The notes below the pieces were generated by a model. It did no database searches and was not told where the DNA came from. It saw only the letters and a program-made list of their open reading frames with translations. From Bacillus subtilis subsp. subtilis str. 168 (lineage in GTDB: Bacteria; Bacillota; Bacilli; Bacillales; Bacillaceae): DNA of 64,000 bases. Below are positions 48,901 through 56,518 of this stretch, one piece after another (position 1 is the stretch's first letter; every line of letters starts with the position of its first letter). Location of the stretch: NCBI RefSeq assembly GCF_000009045.1, contig NC_000964.3, positions 3,224,001-3,288,000 on the forward strand, written 5' to 3'. The position numbers and the translations under genes were made by a program.

Positions 48901-50401
48901 TCAATTCGTAAAGTGAAGACAGGAGCTGATCTCGGGTTTGCTCATTATAAATAAATCCTTTTGCATAAATATGGGGCATTTGAAATTGCGGAAGCCACTT
49001 CATCCACTCCCAGTCTTTATACTCTTCTTCATGAAAAATAAATACGAAACGCAAATCGTGATAGCTGTTAAAGAACGACAGCTGTCCGATTAGCTGGTGA
49101 ATCTCATTTTTCACAATTTGTGATTTACCGACAAGCCCCATCGGACCTTCTGCCAAATCGACCGTCACCGGCGCATTACGGATATCTTTATAGACGCGTT
49201 GCATGTGCTGCGATTTCTCCATGAGGTCATCGATATCACGATTCGCCAAGTCTCCGCCACTCATATTGATTTCATAGCTTGACGGAACTGTTCCCGTCCC
49301 AAGCCGCAGCTGGAGATAATCCTTGCTTTCAAGTGATTTTTCCCAGATCCGGTCACTGATTTCACTTGTTAAGTATTTCATTTGTTCAAATGAAGGAAAG
49401 TGAAATTCAAGAACCTGCTTTTGCTTTTCAGCAAGTGCCTGAAGCTCTTTCCGCTTATTGTCTAAGTAAAGCTTATATACACGCTCCCGTTTTTCCTCGC
49501 GTTTTTTCCGCTGGTTTTTATCACGGAAATATTGCACTGTCGAGGTAATGAGAGTCATCATAAACATCGCCAAAGAAACGAGTATAAATATGCCGCGCGG
49601 CTGGATGATGGCAACTACGCCCATCACGATCAGCATCACAAGCGGAGGCAGGATGACGAGCCACAGCCCTCTGTTGGTTTGATCGCTCTCCTGAGAGGGA
49701 AAACTGAAAGAAACGCGGTCATCCGGCAGATCGTATACCATCCGCGGCGTTCTTCTGTACTGCGGATATTTTTTCTGCATCTCTGTACTCGGTTTGACCG
49801 TTTCTGTTAACGCTGTTTCAAACTGGGCATAATGAACAATTTCTAAAAGGTCTTGTTCCGTCACCCTCATTTGCGTGAAGTTCCAGAATATTTCATCCCC
49901 CGGCTTGAGCGGCGTATTGGCGTTGATTTTCTCTCCGTTCAAGAAGATCGTTCCGCTTTCAGGGCGGACCGACCAGCTGCCGCCTGCACGGAGCAAAGAA
50001 AACGTGCTTTGTTCTGCAAATGCAAAATCTTGCGGATTCAGATAAATATCTGCATTCGTTTTTTCTGAGGAACATACAATTTCATCCCGATTTCCCGTAA
50101 AATAAACGGATTTCTCAGGTTCACTGCCCGTCAATATCAAGCGTATATCCTGCTGATCCGTTTGGAGAGTAAATGATATATCCGTCTCAATCGTGCCGAG
50201 ACAATCATTTCCCAGGAAAACTTCGTATTGGCCGCCGGATTCCTTTCTTTTAAGAGAAATCACTCCGCTATTAAATGGAATGGTGCTGATCGTAACAGAA
50301 TCCTTCACATCAGGCCCTATGGTCACCGGATGAGACGACGGGAGGTTAGACAGATTTAATTTTTGAACGTTATTTTGGTAAAAAACCCATAATAGACTCA
50401 A
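45914..50401 (-). CDS. yukB: T7SSb EssC FtsK/SpoIIIE ATPase, 1495 aa, intact
   Basis: N-terminal FHA-like region, two TMs, three P-loops (GTTGSGKS, GSSGYGKS, GQTQRGKT). TTG 50401 with SD AAGGGGG. Confidence 0.95.
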   Translation of the reverse strand: MSLLWVFYQNNVQKLNLSNLPSSHPVTIGPDVKDSVTISTIPFNSGVISLKRKESGGQYEVFLGNDCLGTIETDISFTLQTDQQDIRLILTGSEPEKSVYFTGNRDEIVCSSEKTNADIYLNPQDFAFAEQSTFSLLRAGGSWSVRPESGTIFLNGEKINANTPLKPGDEIFWNFTQMRVTEQDLLEIVHYAQFETALTETVKPSTEMQKKYPQYRRTPRMVYDLPDDRVSFSFPSQESDQTNRGLWLVILPPLVMLIVMGVVAIIQPRGIFILVSLAMFMMTLITSTVQYFRDKNQRKKREEKRERVYKLYLDNKRKELQALAEKQKQVLEFHFPSFEQMKYLTSEISDRIWEKSLESKDYLQLRLGTGTVPSSYEINMSGGDLANRDIDDLMEKSQHMQRVYKDIRNAPVTVDLAEGPMGLVGKSQIVKNEIHQLIGQLSFFNSYHDLRFVFIFHEEEYKDWEWMKWLPQFQMPHIYAKGFIYNEQTRDQLLSSLYELIRERDLEDDKEKLQFKPHFVFVITNQQLISEHVILEYLEGQHEHLGISTIVAAETKESLSENITTLVRYINEHEGDILIQKKKAVRIPFRLDHHQREDNERFSRTLRTLNHQVGITNSIPETVSFLELFHAKEVKEIGIQQRWLTSESSKSLSVPIGYKGKDDIVYLNLHEKAHGPHGLLAGTTGSGKSEFLQTYILSLAVHFHPHEAAFLLIDYKGGGMAQPFRNIPHLLGTITNIEGSKNFSMRALASIKSELKKRQRLFDQYQVNHINDYTKLYKQGKAEVAMPHLFLISDEFAELKSEEPDFIRELVSAARIGRSLGVHLILATQKPGGIIDDQIWSNSRFKVALKVQDATDSKEILKNSDAANITVTGRGYLQVGNNEVYELFQSAWSGAPYLEEVYGTEDEIAIVTDTGLIPLSEVDTEDNAKKDVQTEIEAVVDEIERIQDEMGIEKLPSPWLPPLAERIPRTLFPSNEKDHFHFAYVDEPDLQRQAPIAYKMMEDGNIGIFGSSGYGKSIAAATFLMSFADVYTPEELHVYIFDFGNGTLLPLAKLPHTADYFLMDQSRKIEKFMIRIKEEIDRRKRLFREKEISHIKMYNALSEEELPFIFITIDNFDIVKDEMHELESEFVQLSRDGQSLGIYFMLTATRVNAVRQSLLNNLKTKIVHYLMDQSEGYSIYGRPKFNLEPIPGRVIIQKEELYFAQMFLPVDADDDIGMFNELKSDVQKLQGRFASMEQPAPIPMLPESLSTRELSIRFKLERKPLSVPIGLHEETVSPVYFDLGKHKHCLILGQTQRGKTNVLKVMLEHLIDDETEMIGLFDSIDRGLSHYAKESDVSYLETKEDIEQWIETAEDIFKTREAMYVEAVRQGDAQNLRFSQVVLMIDGITRFQQTIDTRIQDRLANFMKSYAHLGFSFIPGGNHSEFSKGYDSLTTEMKQIRHAILLMKKSEQNVIPLPYQRQEPEIQPGFGYVVENGKEQKVQIPLCSAERESAR

Positions 50402-50461
50402 ATGGCGAACCCCCTTACGGCCGAATGGCAGCATGCGATGACCTGCGCTTCATGTCTCACG

Positions 50462-50610
50462 TTATTTGTCATCTTTTTTCTCATCTTTCTTTTCTGTTTC
50501 TTTTTTCTCGTCTTCTTTTTCCTTCTGTTCTTCTTTTTTCGCTTTTTCCTCGGCTGCGGCTTTTTCTTCTGCCGCTTTCTCTTCTGCTTGTTTTTCTTCG
50601 TCTGTTTGTG
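50462..50610 (-). repeat. Low-complexity E/K/A coding repeat at the YukC C-terminus
   Basis: EEKQAEEKAAEEKAAAEEKAKKEEQKEKEDEKKETEKKDEKKDDK. Confidence 0.8.
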
Positions 50611-51817
50611 TCTGTTCTTCGCTTGTATCGACTAACGATGTTTCAGAATTAGACTGTTTATTTTCTTGACGTTCTTTTTGGGCTTTTTCAAGCTCACTAT
50701 TTACTGAATCAAGTTCTTTTTGTATGTCTTCATCATTTGTATCCTCAGATAAAAGCTGCTGTTTATATTTAGCTAGGGCAAAGTAAATATAATCATTGTA
50801 TTCCAGCTTACGGCCGATACTGATCGCTTCTTTGTATTCTCCTCGACCATAATCAATCCAATATAAGAAATGCTGAGGGTCTGATTGAAGGGTGACTAAA
50901 TTATTTTCTATATTTTTGGTTTTTGCACTCCCCAGGTTTTCGACCTCAACATAGGACGTCGCCAGCTGATACTGCACCGATTCAGGCAGGCTTTCCGCAT
51001 CGTACTTGGACAGTGTGCTGATGACTTCACTGTACTGCTTGTTTAAGAACGCACGGTTGCTGTCCACTATCGCCTGGTGCTTTGGCTGCGCGAAAAATAA
51101 GGCGTACATCGAATAAATAAGTGCCGGTACAAGCAAAACAATGAGCCCCAGGCCGATATATCGCTGGATGTTCCACTTCTTTCTCGGGATATGTATGTAT
51201 GTTTTTGCTTTGGCTTCGAGCTCATCAATATGGGTTTGAATCAGCTCGAGCAAATCATCATAGGATTCAGCATCTAATATCGCCTTTGCCTCTGCGGAGA
51301 ACGTCAGCGTTTCATTGAATTTCAGGTAGTCTTCAAACGCAAAAGCGCCGTCAACTGCCAAAGCCGCTGCCGCTTTCAGCTCCTGCCATACTCTTTCCTC
51401 ATCACGCTCGTAAGGAGGAATGCTTTCTTTTACTCCATAATGGAGAAAATAAGGCGTAAGCCCTTTATCGAATACAATGTTTTCAGGAGCGACAATCAAA
51501 TTCAGCCTCGACAGATTGTGCTGCTGTACGGCTTGAACAAGCTGATAGGCAAACTGCCATTTACTTTTTTTATCCTTAGCTTTCATGAAGCGGAATGCTT
51601 TATAGGAGGAGGGAGGTTGGATTGTGATGATTACTTCATCATCCGTCACATCGATTTCTTTATGAAAAAATGGATTTATATCTTTGATCACGTTAGCTTC
51701 AAGACCGTCGAGAAGCTTTATTTTTTCCCGTTGAAAGGTAAATGTATAGCCGGCATCTGTTTTCTCGGCAACAGCTTCTAATTGGTTTTCTAAATATGAT
51801 TTTTGTTCACCTGACAT
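50462..51817 (-). CDS. yukC: T7SSb EssB homologue (pseudokinase fold plus TM)
   Basis: Central TM (YIGLGLIVLLVPALIYSMYALFF) and a charged E/K C-terminal tail. Position in the operon fits. Confidence 0.93.
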   Translation of the reverse strand: MSGEQKSYLENQLEAVAEKTDAGYTFTFQREKIKLLDGLEANVIKDINPFFHKEIDVTDDEVIITIQPPSSYKAFRFMKAKDKKSKWQFAYQLVQAVQQHNLSRLNLIVAPENIVFDKGLTPYFLHYGVKESIPPYERDEERVWQELKAAAALAVDGAFAFEDYLKFNETLTFSAEAKAILDAESYDDLLELIQTHIDELEAKAKTYIHIPRKKWNIQRYIGLGLIVLLVPALIYSMYALFFAQPKHQAIVDSNRAFLNKQYSEVISTLSKYDAESLPESVQYQLATSYVEVENLGSAKTKNIENNLVTLQSDPQHFLYWIDYGRGEYKEAISIGRKLEYNDYIYFALAKYKQQLLSEDTNDEDIQKELDSVNSELEKAQKERQENKQSNSETSLVDTSEEQTQTDEEKQAEEKAAEEKAAAEEKAKKEEQKEKEDEKKETEKKDEKKDDK

Positions 51818-51831
51818 TCAACCAGATCCTT

Positions 51832-52071
51832 TCATAATATTTCAAGCCGGTCTCCGTTTGTAATGCCGCAATCAGACAGCTTGCATTCTCCGGAAAACAC
51901 CTTATCCTTGTTCACCACTCTGATCCAGTGCCCTTCGCGCGGAGGCATAGATACGCTTTGGGCCTGCCAAGCAATATCAATTACTTTTTTCACCGGGTGG
52001 TAATCTGACAATCTGAGATCAAAGACACTGCCGTTATAATGTTTCAAATCTATTGTAATATCAATATACAT
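51832..52071 (-). CDS. yukD: T7SSb EsaB ubiquitin-like protein
   Basis: DLRLSDYHPVKKVID...GITNGDRLEIL. Confidence 0.93.
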   Translation of the reverse strand: MYIDITIDLKHYNGSVFDLRLSDYHPVKKVIDIAWQAQSVSMPPREGHWIRVVNKDKVFSGECKLSDCGITNGDRLEIL

Positions 52072-52094
52072 TTAGGATCACCCTTACATAGAAA

Positions 52095-52124
52095 GAGCGC
52101 CGTCTTCTTTTGAATCAGGCGCTC
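52095..52124 (-). terminator. Hairpin between yukE and yukD (partial terminator or stabiliser)
   Basis: Stem GAGCGCC / GGCGCTC followed by TTTC on the minus strand. Confidence 0.5.
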
Positions 52125-52140
52125 CTTCCCTTTCATACTG

Positions 52141-52434
52141 TTATCCGCGGATTTGATTTGCGATGTCTTGGTCAGTAGACTCAAGTGTATTTGCTGTTTG
52201 ATCAAGCTGCTGATTCACATCTTGAAGCAAATCTGACATTTTGATAAATGAAGGTTTGAGCTGCTCGTATTGATCTGCGAACGCTTCGCTTGAAGCACCT
52301 TCCCACATGCTTTTCAAATCAGAGATCATTCGGTTTAAACGATCAACCTGATTTAATACTTCTTGGCTTTCAACGCCGTATTGCTTCGCCATCGCTCTTA
52401 GCTCTTCGGGTGTGACACGAATTAATCCTGCCAT
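52141..52434 (-). CDS. yukE: WXG100 secreted substrate (EsxA homologue), 97 aa
   Basis: IRVTPEELR...WEG motif...ANTLESTDQDIA. SD AGGAGG. Confidence 0.96.
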   Translation of the reverse strand: MAGLIRVTPEELRAMAKQYGVESQEVLNQVDRLNRMISDLKSMWEGASSEAFADQYEQLKPSFIKMSDLLQDVNQQLDQTANTLESTDQDIANQIRG

Positions 52435-52501
52435 ATTCCTCATTACCTCCTGTGCCATCAGCCTAAATATGGGCTAATTCACTTATTTTTAGAACGTCAT
52501 T

Positions 52502-52531
52502 ATTATAAAAACAGTTTTTCGGCATAGTCAA
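52502..52531 (-). promoter_or_regulatory. Proximal SigA promoter of the yuk/yue T7SS operon
   Basis: Minus strand TTGACT-N18-TATAAT. Confidence 0.7.
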
Positions 52532-52682
52532 ACAAATATGTTTTAATTTTACAAAATGAGTCCAATGGTTTACCCCGAATCACTCAAAAATGACATATAC
52601 TGTAAAGTAAATAGGTTTATTTTCTTAATCTTCTCTTCATTCTCCGAATAATCCAAAAGACCCAAATAACTCTCCAACTCCC

Positions 52683-52799
52683 AAAAAAAACCTTTCAGAA
52701 AATTTGATGCTACAGCACCATTTCTGAAAGGTTCAGTTTTTTCTTTCCTTAATTAGTCTTGCCTCCGATGACTTTCTTAGAAGATTAATAGGATAAGCT
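52683..52799 (-). ncRNA. Candidate ~115-nt small RNA or attenuated leader upstream of yukE
   Basis: SigA-like TTTGCA-N17-TATAAT (52833-52805), then a perfect 13-bp stem (52689-52701 / 52721-52733) ending in a T run on the minus strand. No start codon follows its GGAGG. Confidence 0.45.
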
Positions 52800-52954
52800 G
52801 TCGTATTATATGAGACATACACTGTCCTGCAAAAAGGCGATTACACCGCCAAATGTATATAGAACGTTTCTCTCATGAAATTGTTTTTTTGCTTCTGTTC
52901 TTTGTTGTTGATTTTCACAAACAACAACAATCATAATAAAAGGAAGGGGATGAG

Positions 52955-54223
52955 ATGTCAAAGAGAAATCAAGCACGAAAAGTAGGGAGATTTATGACCA
53001 TGCCGAATGATCCGTTTAAATATAGTTTTGACAGACTTGAAGATGTGGCTGATCATATCAGCGACGTTCTGCGGTGCCCGATCACCATAGAGGATGTTAA
53101 CCACAAGCTGCTTGCCTACAGTACACACAGCGACTGCACAGACCCTGCCCGGACGTCTACCATTATTGGCAGAAGGGTACCGGAGAAGGTGATTAACAAG
53201 CTGTGGAAAGACGGGACAATTCCTGCTCTCTTAAAAACGGACCAGCCGATCAGAGTCAAGCAAATCGATGAAGTCGGGCTGAGCAATCGCGTCGCTATTT
53301 CGATTTGGAAAAACAAGCAAGTACTTGGCTTCATATGGGCGCTTGAGATCCAAAAAACATTGTCCGATGAAGATCTGCTGACATTGCAAATGGCAGCAAA
53401 AGCAGTGAAAAACAAGCTTCTCAAACTTCAAATCAGAAAAACGAAAAATGAAGAACGCAGCCAAGAATTTTTCTGGAAAATGCTGACCGGACACATCCAT
53501 CAGGAGGATGATATGGCGGATGGGTTCCATAAGCTTGGAATGGCCGCTCCTTCAGAGTTTTCCGTTATGATCATCCGCATAAATGGCGAGCTGACTGAAA
53601 AAATCGAACAGCAGCTGCAATATTTACAGGAAACGACCCAGCAGGTTTACGTGCTGCTGGCGACCGTAGATTCCAATGAACTTATTATATTAACCTCACC
53701 CAAAACAGATCATCCTTTTCAAGATTTAAAACAGTTTGCTTTAAGTACGCAAAAACAGCTGAAGGAGCGGTATAAAATAGAAGACGTTTCTATCGCTTTT
53801 GGCGGAATATACAACTCTATTTCTTTTGTCTCCCGCTCCTATCAGGAAGCATTGTCCGTCTTAAAAACGAAGGAACGGTTCGCTGAAGAGACCAAACATC
53901 TTTTCAGCTTTTCTGAGTTAGGCATTTATCAATACTTAGATGTCTTAAATGAAAAACGGAAACAGGCGGGCCATTATAATTACTCGCTTTCCAAACTGGA
54001 ACAATATGACCGGGATCACCAGTCAAATATGGTAGAGACGCTAGAGCGCTTTATTGAAGCGGACAGCAACGTGAATACCGCTTCCAAGCTGTTAAATATA
54101 CACGTTAATACGTTGAATTACCGACTCAAGCGGATCAGCCAGATCGCTGAAATTGATTTGAAAAATGTGAATCAAAAATTCACCATCTATTTAGATATCA
54201 AACTTCGGCACATGGATTTGTGA
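52955..54223 (+). CDS. adeR: PucR/CdaR-family activator of ald
   Basis: N-terminal GAF-like region and C-terminal HTH ([15 protein letters not shown]). Upstream of ald. Formerly yukF. Confidence 0.92.
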   Translation: MSKRNQARKVGRFMTMPNDPFKYSFDRLEDVADHISDVLRCPITIEDVNHKLLAYSTHSDCTDPARTSTIIGRRVPEKVINKLWKDGTIPALLKTDQPIRVKQIDEVGLSNRVAISIWKNKQVLGFIWALEIQKTLSDEDLLTLQMAAKAVKNKLLKLQIRKTKNEERSQEFFWKMLTGHIHQEDDMADGFHKLGMAAPSEFSVMIIRINGELTEKIEQQLQYLQETTQQVYVLLATVDSNELIILTSPKTDHPFQDLKQFALSTQKQLKERYKIEDVSIAFGGIYNSISFVSRSYQEALSVLKTKERFAEETKHLFSFSELGIYQYLDVLNEKRKQAGHYNYSLSKLEQYDRDHQSNMVETLERFIEADSNVNTASKLLNIHVNTLNYRLKRISQIAEIDLKNVNQKFTIYLDIKLRHMDL

Positions 54224-54248
54224 AATTTCACAAATCCATGTTTTTTTA
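54211..54248. promoter_or_regulatory. Perfect 30-bp palindrome over the adeR stop codon (terminator and/or AdeR operator for ald)
   Basis: CATGGATTTGTGAAA / TTTCACAAATCCATG (54211-54240) followed by a T run. Confidence 0.7.
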
Positions 54249-54324
54249 TTTTCTTAATCAAACAAAGAATTTTCCAAAATATCAAGCTACACTAAAAATA
54301 TCACATATACAGGAGGAGACAGAT

Positions 54325-55461
54325 ATGATCATAGGGGTTCCTAAAGAGATAAAAAACAATGAAAACCGTGTCGCATTAACACCCGGGGGCGTTTCTCAGC
54401 TCATTTCAAACGGCCACCGGGTGCTGGTTGAAACAGGCGCGGGCCTTGGAAGCGGATTTGAAAATGAAGCCTATGAGTCAGCAGGAGCGGAAATCATTGC
54501 TGATCCGAAGCAGGTCTGGGACGCCGAAATGGTCATGAAAGTAAAAGAACCGCTGCCGGAAGAATATGTTTATTTTCGCAAAGGACTTGTGCTGTTTACG
54601 TACCTTCATTTAGCAGCTGAGCCTGAGCTTGCACAGGCCTTGAAGGATAAAGGAGTAACTGCCATCGCATATGAAACGGTCAGTGAAGGCCGGACATTGC
54701 CTCTTCTGACGCCAATGTCAGAGGTTGCGGGCAGAATGGCAGCGCAAATCGGCGCTCAATTCTTAGAAAAGCCTAAAGGCGGAAAAGGCATTCTGCTTGC
54801 CGGGGTGCCTGGCGTTTCCCGCGGAAAAGTAACAATTATCGGAGGAGGCGTTGTCGGGACAAACGCGGCGAAAATGGCTGTCGGCCTCGGTGCAGATGTG
54901 ACGATCATTGACTTAAACGCAGACCGCTTGCGCCAGCTTGATGACATCTTCGGCCATCAGATTAAAACGTTAATTTCTAATCCGGTCAATATTGCTGATG
55001 CTGTGGCGGAAGCGGATCTCCTCATTTGCGCGGTATTAATTCCGGGTGCTAAAGCTCCGACTCTTGTCACTGAGGAAATGGTAAAACAAATGAAACCCGG
55101 TTCAGTTATTGTTGATGTAGCGATCGACCAAGGCGGCATCGTCGAAACTGTCGACCATATCACAACACATGATCAGCCAACATATGAAAAACACGGGGTT
55201 GTGCATTATGCTGTAGCGAACATGCCAGGCGCAGTCCCTCGTACATCAACAATCGCCCTGACTAACGTTACTGTTCCATACGCGCTGCAAATCGCGAACA
55301 AAGGGGCAGTAAAAGCGCTCGCAGACAATACGGCACTGAGAGCGGGTTTAAACACCGCAAACGGACACGTGACCTATGAAGCTGTAGCAAGAGATCTAGG
55401 CTATGAGTATGTTCCTGCCGAGAAAGCTTTACAGGATGAATCATCTGTGGCGGGTGCTTAA
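54325..55461 (+). CDS. ald: L-alanine dehydrogenase, 378 aa
   Basis: [43 protein letters not shown]. Confidence 0.97.
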   Translation: MIIGVPKEIKNNENRVALTPGGVSQLISNGHRVLVETGAGLGSGFENEAYESAGAEIIADPKQVWDAEMVMKVKEPLPEEYVYFRKGLVLFTYLHLAAEPELAQALKDKGVTAIAYETVSEGRTLPLLTPMSEVAGRMAAQIGAQFLEKPKGGKGILLAGVPGVSRGKVTIIGGGVVGTNAAKMAVGLGADVTIIDLNADRLRQLDDIFGHQIKTLISNPVNIADAVAEADLLICAVLIPGAKAPTLVTEEMVKQMKPGSVIVDVAIDQGGIVETVDHITTHDQPTYEKHGVVHYAVANMPGAVPRTSTIALTNVTVPYALQIANKGAVKALADNTALRAGLNTANGHVTYEAVARDLGYEYVPAEKALQDESSVAGA

Positions 55462-55469
55462 TTCACAAT

Positions 55470-55500
55470 AAGCTTGCAGAAAGATTTCTGCAGGCTTTTT
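55470..55500 (+). terminator. ald terminator
   Basis: Stem AAGCTTGCAGAAA / TTTCTGCAGGCTT followed by a T run. Confidence 0.75.
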
Positions 55501-55572
55501 TATTTTTTAAAAGGAAAAAAGAGACCATTTCACGAATTATGACTATGAAGTTGATCATAAAGGAGGATTCAT

Positions 55573-56250
55573 ATGGCTGTTCAGCAATATGGCGTGTTAA
55601 AAGGCATAGTATTAGACATGAAGCGGGAAACAGATGATGACAGTCCTCATTTCCAAGTCAAAATGCTCGGTGAAGAGAATACGTATTACAGGTGCGCCAT
55701 CAATGTGATGTCCAGTTCTGAGGAATCTGAAGTATTGTATTTGGCTGACGATCAGTTTGATTCGGGCTCAATTACCATCCTTCCGAACATGCCGTATGGA
55801 TATACAAGGATCAATGAAGCAAACCGTGAAGTGGCACTGGATTATGTGCGGGGCAATTTGTTTGACCCGCGGGAAATGAAGCCTTTGCCTCATGAAATCA
55901 CGGGACCTGATAATGATTTAAATGATTTTATTGAAACCTATATGAAGAAAGCACAAGATGAGAAAACGCCGGTTTATATATTCGGTTCAAAATTCGGCCC
56001 TGAACAGGCTGCAGATAAAATATTCGGCTTTACCCCGACTAACGGAATGCACAATATCCATATGAATCAAGGGAATGCAATGGATACCCGCTGGAAAAAA
56101 GACAACGGCTCTTGGCATGACGGGGGTATTCTGATTCAGTTTGCAGATCAGTGGGCCGCTGTGTTTTTAGCGTTTTTATCCCAATCTTGGTGTACCGATG
56201 AAAACGGAAACCCTGTCAGAGATTGTGATCATACCCAAACGTCTGCGTAA
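55573..56250 (+). CDS. yukJ: Protein of unknown function (DUF2278-like), 225 aa
   Basis: SD AAGGAGG. Motifs PHFQV, CAINV, GMHNIHMNQGN, WHDGG. Confidence 0.87.
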   Translation: MAVQQYGVLKGIVLDMKRETDDDSPHFQVKMLGEENTYYRCAINVMSSSEESEVLYLADDQFDSGSITILPNMPYGYTRINEANREVALDYVRGNLFDPREMKPLPHEITGPDNDLNDFIETYMKKAQDEKTPVYIFGSKFGPEQAADKIFGFTPTNGMHNIHMNQGNAMDTRWKKDNGSWHDGGILIQFADQWAAVFLAFLSQSWCTDENGNPVRDCDHTQTSA

Positions 56251-56255
56251 GATAG

Positions 56256-56286
56256 AAAAAGAGACTGCGGCAAGCAGTCTCTTTTT
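56256..56286. terminator. Bidirectional terminator between yukJ and the dhb operon
   Basis: Perfect stem AAAAAGAGACTGC / GCAGTCTCTTTTT. Confidence 0.85.
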
Positions 56287-56293
56287 GATAAGA

Positions 56294-56503
56294 TTACACA
56301 TTTTCAACAGTCTTTAGGCTGTTTGGCCTCATATCGCTCCAATGCGATTGGATATAGTCCAAACAAGCTTCACGCCCTTTTTGCTCATGAACGACTGTCC
56401 AGCCGCTCGGCACATCTATAAAACCCGGCCATAGGGAATATTGGCCTTCTTCATTGACCAGCACCAAATATGTGCCATCCGCATTTTCAAAAGGATTTGC
56501 CAT
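56294..56503 (-). CDS. ybdZ: MbtH-like NRPS accessory protein
   Basis: NPFE...[13 protein letters not shown]...PSGW...WSDMRP, the MbtH signature. Confidence 0.95.
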
Positions 56504-56518
56504 TCTATTTCTCCTCCC

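Noticed and set aside
45914-50401. Possible split or frameshift of essC into yukA and yukB
   Set aside because: The frame is continuous here with all three ATPase domains, so it is not a pseudogene.
50402-50669. Phe/Leu/Ser-rich plus-strand ORFs that look like small membrane peptides
   Set aside because: They are the reverse complement of the Glu/Lys-rich YukC tail.
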